From: Candidatus Latescibacterota bacterium | GTDB lineage: Bacteria > Latescibacterota > UBA2968 | Assembly: GCA_965205975.1 (NCBI GenBank) | Contig: OZ242195.1 | Location: 704,001 to 768,000, forward strand | DNA length: 64,000 nt | Direction of reading: 5' to 3' | In this document: positions 39,930-50,513 of the stretch, piece after piece | Layout of the letters: every line of letters starts with the position of its first letter | Position numbering within the stretch: the first letter of the stretch is position 1 | Made by a program: the position numbers and the translations under genes | The notes under the pieces: model-generated | Databases searched by the model: none | Told to the model about the DNA's origin: nothing | The model's input: only the letters and a program-made list of their open reading frames with translations

Positions 39930-40724
39930 ATGGGACAAGCATTGACGGAGCGTGAAATCGAAGCCCTCGTCCGTGAGGTCACAGACGAAGAAGTGGCTTT
40001 TTACCACGAATACGGGTGGGTCATGATGAAGCAACTCGTGGACTCGGAGTTCGCAACGGAACTCCTACGCGTTGGTCAAGCGTGGTTGAATCGCAATGAC
40101 GAAGAGAAGGGCGGCAGACGGTCCGTCGGCCTGGCGCGGCGAGAAGAGACCGAGCCGTTCCGCTCGTTCATGTTCAGCGAGCGCATGTCAAAGAACGCGA
40201 TGCGACTCGTGAACAGGAAGCGGCTCAAGGGTGTAGATATCCCACTTCGCTATCGCATCGACATCCTCCAACACAAGCCCCCGGGGGCAGCCGGAGCCAC
40301 TTATCATCAGGACTCGTCAGAGCACGGCTCTGATCGCGTGGGCGAACTCCAGTTCTGGCTTGCACTGGTGGAAGTGCCACCAGAGATGAGTGCCATGCGA
40401 TTCGTCAGCCGCTCACATCGCGAAGGACCGCTTGGCTCGGTATTCAAAGATGACCGGGGCAACCTGCTCGAGCAGTACCCAAATCTGACGTCTGTGCTGG
40501 AGCTCTCTCCGCCCTTCCATTACCAGCCGGGTGACTGCACTGTGCATCACGGATACACCGTCCATGGCGGTCCACCCAACAGCACCGACAAGTCGCGCTG
40601 GTCCTACCTCTTCTCGTACTCGCCTTCCGACACGCGATACTGGAACGGCACCGCAGCCAACTGGGGCAGCGAGCGGAAGCGTTTGAGTGACCCGAACAAT
40701 CCCACAGTCCATTTTTCCGAATAG
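39930..40724 (+). CDS. PhyH-family dioxygenase
   Basis: GGAGGAG RBS; YHQD, TVHGGPPN...R. Confidence 0.88.
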   Translation: MGQALTEREIEALVREVTDEEVAFYHEYGWVMMKQLVDSEFATELLRVGQAWLNRNDEEKGGRRSVGLARREETEPFRSFMFSERMSKNAMRLVNRKRLKGVDIPLRYRIDILQHKPPGAAGATYHQDSSEHGSDRVGELQFWLALVEVPPEMSAMRFVSRSHREGPLGSVFKDDRGNLLEQYPNLTSVLELSPPFHYQPGDCTVHHGYTVHGGPPNSTDKSRWSYLFSYSPSDTRYWNGTAANWGSERKRLSDPNNPTVHFSE

Positions 40725-40741
40725 GGTTTCAGGGGGTTGAA

Positions 40742-41467
40742 ATGATTTCTGTACAACAATGGGATTTTTTTCAAGAACACGGTTATCTGATCGTTGAAAA
40801 TGTAATCTCTGTGCAACGATTGGTAGCGTTGCGAGAGGCCCTGGAAAAGAGATATGATCTGGAGGGCGAAAAGGCAGGGACAGAAGGATCGACCCCTCCG
40901 GGCGTTCGCAGGTTGTGCAATCTCATTGGTAAAGGCCGCGTCTTAGAAGAGCTGGCAATCGAGCCGATTGCATTGGAAATGGCCAGGCTGGTGATTGGAG
41001 AGGATATGCGCTGGCAGGCCATGAATTTTCACGATCCCATGCCCGGTGATCCGCGTCCTATTCAGGCAATCCATGCCGATCGATCGTTCTTTAAGAATTG
41101 TACTGCATACCTCAATGTGGTGTGGGCACTTGATGATATGACAGAAGAAAACGGTGCGACGCGCCTTGTGCCGGGATCGCATAAAAAACCCTGGCCCCGA
41201 GATGTTCTGGACGATCTCAAAGAGGCAGTTGCTGGAGAAATCTACGCGACCTGTAAGGCTGGAACTGGCATTTTTTGCCACGGTGATATCTGGCATGGCG
41301 CACGTGCAAACCTTTCAAAATCGCCCAGGCGTGTGATCCATATGGGATACAGTTGTCCAAACACTGCGCCTCAATATGAAATTGCAGGCTCTTTGACGCA
41401 GGATATTCGCGAGCGGTTGGGCGAGCATTGTGCGCTCATTCCAGATCCCCTATCGTCATTTGGTTAG
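40742..41467 (+). CDS. PhyH-family dioxygenase
   Basis: IHAD, ENGATRLVPGSH, WHGARAN...R. Confidence 0.9.
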   Translation: MISVQQWDFFQEHGYLIVENVISVQRLVALREALEKRYDLEGEKAGTEGSTPPGVRRLCNLIGKGRVLEELAIEPIALEMARLVIGEDMRWQAMNFHDPMPGDPRPIQAIHADRSFFKNCTAYLNVVWALDDMTEENGATRLVPGSHKKPWPRDVLDDLKEAVAGEIYATCKAGTGIFCHGDIWHGARANLSKSPRRVIHMGYSCPNTAPQYEIAGSLTQDIRERLGEHCALIPDPLSSFG

Positions 41468-41475
41468 GAGATCTT

Positions 41476-42909
41476 ATGGCCAATCAAAAACCATTGAATT
41501 TCATTTTTTTTCAACCAGACGAAATGCGAGCCGAAAGTTTGGCATGTTATGGCCATTCAGTGATCAAAACCCCAAATTACGATCGCCTGGCGGCAGAAGG
41601 GGTTCGCTTTGACCAATGCCATGTGCAAAACGCGCAATGTACGCCTTCCAGGGTTTCGATGATGACGGGGCTTTATCCCCATTGTGCCGGGCATCGCTCC
41701 ATGTGGCATTTGATCAGGCCCCACGAACCCCATCTTTTTAAGTATCTGTATGAAGCGGGCTACGATATTCACTGGTATGGCAAAAACGATTTACTCGCAC
41801 GGGATAGTTTGTCCTGCATAAAAGAATATTACGAACACAAAGACGATAAAAGGAAAAATCGCTGGAAAATCGGCGACAAGGAGTTCTATAGTTTTGATTT
41901 TGAGCCTTTGGATTGCGAGAGGGAAGAGGTCGCTGATTATATTAAAGTCAAAGCGGGGATCGATTTTCTGAACAATCGCAAAGATGATGACAATCCCTTC
42001 TTTTTGTTTTTGCCGCTTCTACAACCCCATCCAGGCTATACCACCCACCGCGATTTTTGTGACATGTATGATCCCAGAGATATACCGGACTTGAGACCCG
42101 CAGGGCTGGACAAAAAGCCGGACTTCTACGCGCTCATCAGAAAGTACCGCCGCTTAGATGAATTGTCGGGGGATTTCTTTCGAAAGTTGAATGCTGTTTA
42201 TCTCGGTATGATCAGCTATACGGACTGGCTTCTGGGGAAGTTGATGACTGTTATGGAGGAGAAGGGGCTTTTTGAAAATACGGTTCTGATCGTTTCTTCT
42301 GATCACGGTGACTGGGCAGGGGACTATGGTTTGGTGGAAAAATGGCCAAGTGATTATAGTGATGCGTTGACACGGGTGCCTCTATTGGTAAAAGCTCCCG
42401 GTAGCAAAACAGGTCATGTGGTGGAAGGTCCGGTTGAGATGTTCGATCTCATGCCATCTGTTATGGAACTGGCCGGTCTTTCTCCGAAACACACCCATTT
42501 CGCCAGGTCCTTTGTGCCTCAACTCCAGGGTGAAGCAGAAGATAAAGATCGATTGGTATTCGCAGAAGGGGGTTATGAAACACAAGAACTCCATGCGTTT
42601 GAAGGGCGATGGGACTGGAATAATCCCAACGAGGATGGTGTATATTTTCCCAAGGGCAAATTGCAACAAGAAGTGCGCGAAAGTGTTTGCCGTACGACGA
42701 TGATCAGGAGCTTAAATCACAAGCTCATTCGACGCACAGCCGGTCAGGATGAATTATACGATCTCAAAAATGATCCCCGGGAGTTGACAAATTTAATTGA
42801 TGACCCGGGTATGCGAGAGACAAAGTTAGATCTGGAAAGGTCTATGTTGGATTGGTTTATGAGAACTTCTGATACGGTTCCCGTAGGAGGGGATCCAAGG
42901 GGATTTTGA
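41476..42909 (+). CDS. Sulfatase
   Basis: PDEMR, CTPSR, GKND, PHP, SDHGD. Confidence 0.93.
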   Translation: MANQKPLNFIFFQPDEMRAESLACYGHSVIKTPNYDRLAAEGVRFDQCHVQNAQCTPSRVSMMTGLYPHCAGHRSMWHLIRPHEPHLFKYLYEAGYDIHWYGKNDLLARDSLSCIKEYYEHKDDKRKNRWKIGDKEFYSFDFEPLDCEREEVADYIKVKAGIDFLNNRKDDDNPFFLFLPLLQPHPGYTTHRDFCDMYDPRDIPDLRPAGLDKKPDFYALIRKYRRLDELSGDFFRKLNAVYLGMISYTDWLLGKLMTVMEEKGLFENTVLIVSSDHGDWAGDYGLVEKWPSDYSDALTRVPLLVKAPGSKTGHVVEGPVEMFDLMPSVMELAGLSPKHTHFARSFVPQLQGEAEDKDRLVFAEGGYETQELHAFEGRWDWNNPNEDGVYFPKGKLQQEVRESVCRTTMIRSLNHKLIRRTAGQDELYDLKNDPRELTNLIDDPGMRETKLDLERSMLDWFMRTSDTVPVGGDPRGF

Positions 42910-42913
42910 TGGA

Positions 42914-42969
42914 ACACGACACTGGAGGTGCACAGGTTATGAGACAATCATTGACAGATCGCGAGATCG
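42914..42969 (+). repeat. Degenerate copy of the RBS and first codons of the PhyH gene at 39930
   Basis: 48/56 nt identical to 39905-39960. Confidence 0.85.
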
Positions 42970-42988
42970 GAAAAAGAAAGGAGCAACA

Positions 42989-43735
42989 ATGTCAATTGAG
43001 CAATTACAACAGTATGGCCTAACCGGCCCTTTTGAGTTGGCAGACAAATCCCTCGTCGATGCCGTATGTGAGGTCGGGATAGAACTACAAGCGCTACAAC
43101 GCCAGGAAAATATCGTGCGCCGGTTGGCAGGACAAGAACCCCAATTTAGAACGAAGATCGATAGACACATGGAATTCAAGGCGATGAGAGACCTCTGTCT
43201 CGATGACAATGTGAAGTCCGTGGTGTCCGAACATTTCGGCAATGATCTTTTTATCTGGGGTAGCGTCTTTCAATTGAAATCTGAAGGCGTGTCAGAAAAT
43301 ATATGGCACCACGATCGCGCATACGAAAATGGTCGCGATCAAGTCAATCTCTATGACACCACCAATCATTTCTCTATTCTATTTGCGTTGACCGACATTG
43401 GGTATGGTGCTGGCCGCATCGAATATGTGAAGGGATCTCATCAACCCATTGATGGGTGGAACAGAGATATGCGATTTGTAAAACAAGTGCCAGAACTCGT
43501 CCATGATAGGATCGGCACACTCACAATGGAAAGAGGCCAGTTCACGGTGTTTCATTCTCAAATTATGCATCGCAGCCTGCCTTTTGAGTATGGCGAGCCA
43601 AGAATCTCATTGGCCGTCAGACTCGCGAGGAAGGGCACACAAATCCCCGATTATTATCCACAAAATCCAAATCCGGCCGCAGAAACACAAGGGATCGCCC
43701 GTTTCAATCCGTCCGCGACATTTTCTTTTGACTAA
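42989..43735 (+). CDS. PhyH-family dioxygenase
   Basis: WHHD, VKGSH, MHRS...R. Confidence 0.85.
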   Translation: MSIEQLQQYGLTGPFELADKSLVDAVCEVGIELQALQRQENIVRRLAGQEPQFRTKIDRHMEFKAMRDLCLDDNVKSVVSEHFGNDLFIWGSVFQLKSEGVSENIWHHDRAYENGRDQVNLYDTTNHFSILFALTDIGYGAGRIEYVKGSHQPIDGWNRDMRFVKQVPELVHDRIGTLTMERGQFTVFHSQIMHRSLPFEYGEPRISLAVRLARKGTQIPDYYPQNPNPAAETQGIARFNPSATFSFD

Positions 43736-43745
43736 GAGGCCAGTT

Positions 43746-44888
43746 ATGAAACACACAGGCTCAGACCATCCTGTCGAATTCACCCACGAGCAAAAACGAA
43801 CTTTCTATCGGGATGGATTCATTATTCTCAAAAACATCGTACCCAAAGAGCTGACCCACCGTGCCCGACGACTGGTCAATATCACCGCAGGTCAAATTGT
43901 GAATGGTACGATGGATGCGCCCAAAAGAAGAAACCGCTTTGTCGGCAGCGAAGACATCATTACAGATCTCATCAACAAAACGGCGCTAACCGAATTGCTC
44001 ACCAACACCATGGGGCCATTTGATCCTCCGACAAATGGCTTTGCGCCGATTCTGTATCCGCGCGAGCCAACCAGAGAAATCGGCATCCACGGCCTGCCGG
44101 ATGATGAAGTGCCCAATCATGCATTTTTCCCGCACCTGGACGGCCAGTGGACGGGACCCATTCCCAAAGCGGCGGACGAAGTAGATGATTGGTACGCGCC
44201 CAAAACACCGCACTTTGGTGATCGCAGCGCCAGCGTGATCGGGATAAATGGTTCGCCTTTGTTTCAGGACCCGGATTGCATGCTCTCCATCGGTAGCTTT
44301 ACCACATTCGTCGGCGTGATCCTGAGCGACCAATCCAAATTTGGCTACGGCAACTTTGCCGTCCTCCGCGGTGCCCATCATCACACAGCCGAATTCTTTC
44401 GCCGGCAACGCGCCCAGGGCGGCGTCATCGGCCCCGAAGGTCCTGATTGGCCACGTTTAAAACGCGTTGGCGATAAGGGTGTGGGCATTAATTACATGCC
44501 GGAATGGATCGCTAATCATTATCGAGACGGCGCGCAATACACACCCGATGGTCTCATGTGGCTGGAGCCTACACCCTTGCTCGTTGAAGAGGGCGATGCC
44601 TTTATTACGGCTCACGGTATCCCACATTGTGGCACCCGCAACGACATGGGTGCCGACCCTCGTATTAGTGCCTATTTTCGGCTGCGTCGCCATCGCCCGG
44701 GAGGGGCAAAAGTGCGAGGAGACAGCGATCACCCCGACCGCGGTTGGGAAGGCGAGTTTCTCGAATATCCCGATGGTTATAATCCCTGGCAGGTCGCAAT
44801 CGATAAATTGTGCGATCCCTGGAGTGAATGGGACGGTATGCAGGAAGTCGTTGCCGAGGCAAGGGGTTTGGGAGATCAAAATAACTAA
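43746..44888 (+). CDS. PhyH-like dioxygenase (long form)
   Basis: FYRDGFI, PHLDG, GNFAVLRGAH, PHCGTRN...R. Confidence 0.75.
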   Translation: MKHTGSDHPVEFTHEQKRTFYRDGFIILKNIVPKELTHRARRLVNITAGQIVNGTMDAPKRRNRFVGSEDIITDLINKTALTELLTNTMGPFDPPTNGFAPILYPREPTREIGIHGLPDDEVPNHAFFPHLDGQWTGPIPKAADEVDDWYAPKTPHFGDRSASVIGINGSPLFQDPDCMLSIGSFTTFVGVILSDQSKFGYGNFAVLRGAHHHTAEFFRRQRAQGGVIGPEGPDWPRLKRVGDKGVGINYMPEWIANHYRDGAQYTPDGLMWLEPTPLLVEEGDAFITAHGIPHCGTRNDMGADPRISAYFRLRRHRPGGAKVRGDSDHPDRGWEGEFLEYPDGYNPWQVAIDKLCDPWSEWDGMQEVVAEARGLGDQNN

Positions 44889-44910
44889 CTGTGCGACAAA
44901 GGAGTGCCAC

Positions 44911-45736
44911 ATGCCCCCAACTCAGAAATTTGAAGAACGCGTCGTTCGCGTGGAGAAACCTTCCGCTCACTTCACGCTGTTGAGAAACGAAAAGGGTGAT
45001 TTCCTGGGCGTATCAGAAGGCAAAATAGCCGTCTTTGACCACGCCGATGACAAAGCGATCTGGAAAGAAGAAGGCGACGCCTATCGCCACGTGGTGTCGG
45101 GAAATTCGGCTGGCGCACAGGCCCGGTTTCGCCGTCGTGGCTCCGGATGACGGTGAACGCCAAGTGGGGGGGTGGCATTCGGATTATCCATACCTCTGGG
45201 GGATCGCCAGGAATTCTTCTGATGGCAATCGGATTGTACCGCACAATGCGCTGAATCTCGTGCTTGGCGTTCAGCGAAATTTGTGTGTGACTGAATTTAA
45301 GAGTGAAAATGGCGCGACCTGTTTCAAACTCGGATCGCATACGCTTGGGCAAGGCCCTCCTCCAGAATGGGGGAGTGGGAATACGTACAGGGAGGAGGGA
45401 TCTCGCGAGGCAAGGGGCCTCCCCTATACAGGCTCCGAAGCAGATGTCGTCGAGGCGCCGGCGGGCAGCTACGTCATCTATGATGCCCGAACCTGGCATC
45501 GAGCAGGTGTGAACCGCACGGACAAAAAGCGGGCGGCGATGCTTCAGTCCGTCGTTCCTATGTACATCATGCCTTTTATGGAGACCGCTCGTCCCTACAA
45601 GGAGTTCCTTTCAAGCCCTCTGGCGAGTCAACTTAAGGAGCGGGAGCATATCGAGTTGGAATCCCTCCTGGTAAGCCGAATTGATGGGCCTCAAGGGCGT
45701 ATTGCGATCACTATGGATGAGGAGCTTTCCAGATGA
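44911..45736 (+). pseudogene. Internally deleted, frameshifted paralogue of the 17112-18179 PhyH protein
   Basis: MPPTQKFEERVVRVEKP...RHVVSG joins out of frame to REIRLAHRPGF...GWHSDYPY...WHRAGVN. Confidence 0.85.
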
Positions 45737-46497
45737 ACGAATACAAGACGCACTTTGATACCCCAGAAGATGCCTACTTCGGCTTTTTTGAAGCCGATGC
45801 CTCCCAAAATGGAGATGCCTGGGCTGCCGTGATGAGCTATCCCCATGTCCGCGTTGACGCATCGGGGCGGACCGCCTACTACGATACGGCACGGGATTAC
45901 GCGGATAATGCCGACTGGACGTCAAGGGTAGCGACGGGTTGGGTCCTGACGAGGGGGCGAGAACCCGTCCGGCTGCACCAATCTCCCAACAAGGTCCACC
46001 TGGTAGGCGGGTGGACGCGATACAATGCAGACGACGATCCCATCCTGTGGAACCGCGTCACTTATATTGTCACCAAACCCGCTGATTCGTGGGGGATCCA
46101 GGCGCGGTTTGCTCTTGGTACTTATTACGACGGGCGTGACGACGAAACAGCTATCGTCCAGGCTACCGAAGCGGCAATTGGTCAGGTGCGACGCTATTGC
46201 GATGCACTGGACAAAAACGATGGCGATGCTTGCGCCAACCTCTGTCGTTTTCCGCTGATTGAGGTCGGCGTTGGTGCGGTGACACGGATCGAAGATGGCG
46301 CCAAACTGGCGCAACAGGTCAACGAAAGAACCACATCGGTCAGCAATATCGAAGTCGAGGCAGCACAATCCGGTCCCAGGGGCGTCCTTGTGGCAGTGAC
46401 TGCTGACGATGCCTCTGGCAACAGCGAGGAATCCATCGTGGTGGTCAGCAGATCGGCTGACGCATGGCAGATCGCTGGCATTTCGAGAATGCTGTAA
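45733..46497 (+). CDS. Hypothetical protein, tandem NTF2/SnoaL-like domains
   Basis: Two repeats of helix-(Y/F)P-beta pattern, ending WGIQAR and WQIAGIS. Confidence 0.6.
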   Translation: MNEYKTHFDTPEDAYFGFFEADASQNGDAWAAVMSYPHVRVDASGRTAYYDTARDYADNADWTSRVATGWVLTRGREPVRLHQSPNKVHLVGGWTRYNADDDPILWNRVTYIVTKPADSWGIQARFALGTYYDGRDDETAIVQATEAAIGQVRRYCDALDKNDGDACANLCRFPLIEVGVGAVTRIEDGAKLAQQVNERTTSVSNIEVEAAQSGPRGVLVAVTADDASGNSEESIVVVSRSADAWQIAGISRML

Positions 46498-46521
46498 AGC
46501 CCTGACACAAGGAGGAATATC

Positions 46522-47676
46522 TTGAAGATTACATCGGTAAAAGCAGTTCCCGCATCATCTTCACCGCAAGGCCGCCCGCCACGCAACTACATGTTTGTGA
46601 AGATTGAAACCGATGAAGGCATCACAGGCTGGGGGGAGGCGACCGCCGGTCCGCTTAGCGTTGCAACCCAGATCGACGAGGTCGGTCAGGTGTTGGTGGG
46701 CGAAGACCCCTGGCAGATCGAGAAACACTGGCAGACACTCTACCATCACTTTTTTGTGCGGGGCGGTGTCGTGCAGATGTCGGCCATAAGTGGCATAGAA
46801 ATCGCTTTGTGGGACATCAAAGGCCAAGCCGTGGGACTGCCCATATACGAAATGCTGGGTGGAAAGATGAGAGATCGGATCTGGTGCTATGGCAGGTGGG
46901 ATGGGCCTACACCTGAAGGGGCTGCTGAAACTGCGATGAATAACGTATCAAATGGATTGACGGCGCTCAAGGGGGATCCGTTTGACCATTGCGGGCTGTT
47001 TATTCCGGCAGAAGCCGAACGCGTCGCCATCAAGAAACTGGAAGCTGTTCGCAAAGCAGTGGGCGACGACGTTGAGTTGCTCGTGGAGGTACATGGACGG
47101 CTTGCGCCCGCGGACGCCATCCGCATCGGCAATGCGATGGCCGACTGTCGGCCTTTTGTGTACGAAGAACCCGTGCCACCAACAAACCTCGACGCGATGC
47201 AACGGGTTGCCGAGGCCGTAAGCATCCCACTGGCGACAGGTGAACGGCTTTACACCAAGTGGGAATTTACCGACTTGCTGAGCCGCCAAATTGTGAAGAT
47301 GATTCAACCCGATATTGTTCAGGGGGGCGGCATATTGGAGTTGAAGAAGATTGCGGCGATGGCGGAAGCCCATTATGTCGGTTTTCAACCACACAATCCC
47401 TACGGCCCACTTTGCACGATCGCGTCTTTGCATCTCGACGCCTGTACCCCAAATTTTATGATTCAGGAAGGCGGTATCAGCCCGTGGTTTCAGGACGCTT
47501 GCACGGGCGACTTCCCGGTTCAGAAGGATGGCTTTCTGCCAATTCCGCCGGGGCCCGGGCTGGGCGTGGCCATGAACGAAGCGTGGCTCAAGGCAAACCC
47601 CTGGTGTGACGACGCAAATATTTGGCGGCCCCGTCCTGGCACGGTCGCATCATTGCAAGATACAAAATGGGTCTAA
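46522..47676 (+). CDS. Mandelate racemase/enolase family, galactonate dehydratase-like
   Basis: ETDEGITGWGE, IEIALWDIKG, EVHGR, EEP, GERL, QPD, PHNP. Confidence 0.9.
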   Translation: MKITSVKAVPASSSPQGRPPRNYMFVKIETDEGITGWGEATAGPLSVATQIDEVGQVLVGEDPWQIEKHWQTLYHHFFVRGGVVQMSAISGIEIALWDIKGQAVGLPIYEMLGGKMRDRIWCYGRWDGPTPEGAAETAMNNVSNGLTALKGDPFDHCGLFIPAEAERVAIKKLEAVRKAVGDDVELLVEVHGRLAPADAIRIGNAMADCRPFVYEEPVPPTNLDAMQRVAEAVSIPLATGERLYTKWEFTDLLSRQIVKMIQPDIVQGGGILELKKIAAMAEAHYVGFQPHNPYGPLCTIASLHLDACTPNFMIQEGGISPWFQDACTGDFPVQKDGFLPIPPGPGLGVAMNEAWLKANPWCDDANIWRPRPGTVASLQDTKWV

Positions 47677-47706
47677 TCATCAGCACCGAGTATAGGAGAG
47701 ACGTCT

Positions 47707-49113
47707 ATGCCACAACCGGCTCAACAGCCCAACATCCTGTTTGTGTTTTCCGACCAGCAGCGTGCATCGGCAATGGGGTGCTACTACGGCGATGAAGATC
47801 TGGAGACACCGCACTTCGACGCATTCGCCAGGCAGGGAATGAAATTGGAAAGTGCCGTGTCAACGACCCCGCTTTGTTGCCCCTACAGGGCCATATTGAT
47901 GACGGGATTACACGGCCATCGCATGGGGATAACGACCAACGGGTATCATCCGGATCTAAGTGAATATGCCCACATCGGCAAGGCTTTCAAAAACGCAGGG
48001 TACCGCTGTGGTTATATCGGCAAATGGCATTTAGGAGATGTACAACTCGATTCGGGTCATCCGATGCGTCTGGGATTCGACGAAGAATGGTTTGTACCTC
48101 TGGTATCGAGTCACGCGAGTCCCAATCGAAACTATGCGGTGAACAGCACTGAGACTGTGGTTGGAGAAGGGTTCGACAAGCCGCAGATCGAGGCCAACAG
48201 GGCCATTGAGTTCATTCGAGGACAGGGCGGTGGGGCGCCCTGGTGCCTGTTTCTTTCATGGTATCCCCCTCATCCCCCACTGGTATCTCCAGAGGTATAT
48301 CTCGAAAAATATCGGGGACGGGACCTGAAGTTTCATCCCAATGTGAAGACCGTAGATGCAGAGGCGTTCAATCGTTTTCAGGACCATTATGCGCATTATT
48401 ACGGTCTCGTAACGGGCCTGGATACTGAGTGGGAACGCTTGATGCAGGCCCTGGAAGACAGTGGTCAGGCGGAAAACACCATTGTGGTGTACACCTCGGA
48501 TCACGGTGAAATGCTAAACAGCCAGGGCTGGCGAGGCAAACGATGGCCTCATCGCGAATCCACCCAGGTTCCTTTTTTGATTCGATGGCCAGGCAAGATT
48601 GAAGCCAACGCCACACTGGACATGCCGTTTGGCACGCCAGACATTTTTCCCACGCTATGTGGACTCGCAGGGATCAATGTGCCATCAAGGTTGGACGGGG
48701 CCGATCTGTCCGGCGTCATCCTCGGCAGCGATTCCAATGGGCACCAGCAAGAGTACGCCTATATGGCGATGCATCACAGCTTCATTCCGTGGCCCGGCTG
48801 GCGCGGGATTCGCACAGCGAAGTACAATTACGCGCGAATGGAGGAAGGACCATGGGTGTGTTTCGATCTTGAAAACGATCCCTATGAACAGAACAACCTG
48901 GTCGAAGAGAATGGCGCGGTCGTGTCGGAACTGGATGGGCTTCTTGTAGATGCGATGAAAAAAACGGGCGATTCCTGGCGCGATGTCGGCAGGGAAGTAG
49001 GCGATTGGCAGGCGTGGCACGGCAATAAACAGATTGAGCAACTCGGATTGGATGCTGAATACCCGGGTTCCGAGGCCATTCGAATCTGGGCAGAACGGAA
49101 CAATCTTGTGTAG
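47707..49113 (+). CDS. Sulfatase
   Basis: PNILFVFSDQQR, CCPYR, GKWH, PPHPP, SDHGE. Confidence 0.93.
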   Translation: MPQPAQQPNILFVFSDQQRASAMGCYYGDEDLETPHFDAFARQGMKLESAVSTTPLCCPYRAILMTGLHGHRMGITTNGYHPDLSEYAHIGKAFKNAGYRCGYIGKWHLGDVQLDSGHPMRLGFDEEWFVPLVSSHASPNRNYAVNSTETVVGEGFDKPQIEANRAIEFIRGQGGGAPWCLFLSWYPPHPPLVSPEVYLEKYRGRDLKFHPNVKTVDAEAFNRFQDHYAHYYGLVTGLDTEWERLMQALEDSGQAENTIVVYTSDHGEMLNSQGWRGKRWPHRESTQVPFLIRWPGKIEANATLDMPFGTPDIFPTLCGLAGINVPSRLDGADLSGVILGSDSNGHQQEYAYMAMHHSFIPWPGWRGIRTAKYNYARMEEGPWVCFDLENDPYEQNNLVEENGAVVSELDGLLVDAMKKTGDSWRDVGREVGDWQAWHGNKQIEQLGLDAEYPGSEAIRIWAERNNLV

Positions 49114-49230
49114 CGAGCGGCGACTATCGAGTACGAGCCCGGTCGTCTCTTCGTCATTTACTGGGGACATGAGCCTGGCGAGGTGAGTTGTATCCAGGGG
49201 ACCTATTAGTCTAACATAAAAGGAATTGAA

Positions 49231-50478
49231 ATGAATCGCTCTGTTCTGGACTGGCCAACAGGTGTTACCGTCTATCACCCCGACCGATGTTATAATGGGT
49301 ACACGCTCGTTCACGGGCGAGGACCCTGGGATCCCGTGCGTGGTATCTCGGCTGAACAGGTCGATCGATGGCACTTGATAGACATGAAGGGTCAGGTGGT
49401 TCACGAGTTCTACGGAAACCCGGCGACGCAGCGCGGCTCTCAGCTATTTGAACGCGTTGCAAACGGCCACTATATCAGCAATGGGGCCTCCATCACCGAA
49501 CAGGACTGGGATGGAAATATTGTCTGGTCTCTGTCCTCAGACTTCCGCAAGGATGCGCGCCCAACGGGTTTCCATCACGACATCCAGAAGACTTCTGAAC
49601 ACACCTATCTCGCTATGGTCGCGGATCGCATCGATGCCCCTCAGGTATCGCGCGTCACACTCAAAGACGATCACATCATGGAAATAACTTCGGAGGGCGA
49701 GATCGTCTGGGAATGGTGGGGGCATCACCACTTGGAAGAATTCGGGTTCAGCGATCGTGCGAGGCAGATCATATTTGAAACTGGCGGGGGGCAACAGCCC
49801 GGACAGGAAGGGGACTGGCTCCATCTGAACACGCTTCACACACTTCCCGACAATCCCCTATATGATCAGGGCGGCACGAGATTCAAGCCGGGAAATATTC
49901 TCAGCTGTTCCAGAAATGGAAATCAGATATTCATTATCGAGAAATCGACTGGAAGCATCGTCTGGAAGTGGGGCTATTTGGATCAGATGGAAACCATGTG
50001 GTTGAACGGGACCGAAAGACAGAATCAATACCTGGTAGGCCCACACGATCCCAAAATGTTGCACAACGGAAATATCCTGATCTACGACAATGGAGGCGGT
50101 ACGGGTTATCCTCCGATTAATCGTTTCTACACCCGGCTTGTAGAAATCAATCCCGTGAGTGGAGAAGTCGTATGGGAATATGCTGCGGGGCCTCAGGCCA
50201 GCAAATTCCTGAGCATTGTTACCGGCGGTGTACAGCGTCTCCCAAATGGGAATACGCTGAGTCTGGACACGGACAAGGGACGGATCTTCGAAGTGACCTG
50301 GGAAGGTGAAATCGTGTGGGAGTACATCAACCCGAGAGGCGGATTCTACAGAACCCAGCGCATTGCCTACCTCGATTGCCCTCTGGATCCTCCTGACCTG
50401 GAGCCAGCAGATCTCCCGGTTCCCGATCACCTCGGCCTGCCGGTGTCAGATACCCTGGATTACTGCCCATCTCTCTAA
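49231..50478 (+). CDS. Aryl-sulfate sulfotransferase (ASST family)
   Basis: FHHD, DWLHLN, GPHD, YDNG, QRLPNGNTL propeller motifs. Confidence 0.88.
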   Translation: MNRSVLDWPTGVTVYHPDRCYNGYTLVHGRGPWDPVRGISAEQVDRWHLIDMKGQVVHEFYGNPATQRGSQLFERVANGHYISNGASITEQDWDGNIVWSLSSDFRKDARPTGFHHDIQKTSEHTYLAMVADRIDAPQVSRVTLKDDHIMEITSEGEIVWEWWGHHHLEEFGFSDRARQIIFETGGGQQPGQEGDWLHLNTLHTLPDNPLYDQGGTRFKPGNILSCSRNGNQIFIIEKSTGSIVWKWGYLDQMETMWLNGTERQNQYLVGPHDPKMLHNGNILIYDNGGGTGYPPINRFYTRLVEINPVSGEVVWEYAAGPQASKFLSIVTGGVQRLPNGNTLSLDTDKGRIFEVTWEGEIVWEYINPRGGFYRTQRIAYLDCPLDPPDLEPADLPVPDHLGLPVSDTLDYCPSL

Positions 50479-50513
50479 AATTCGATGTCACCCTTCATTC
50501 TGACTACAGGATT

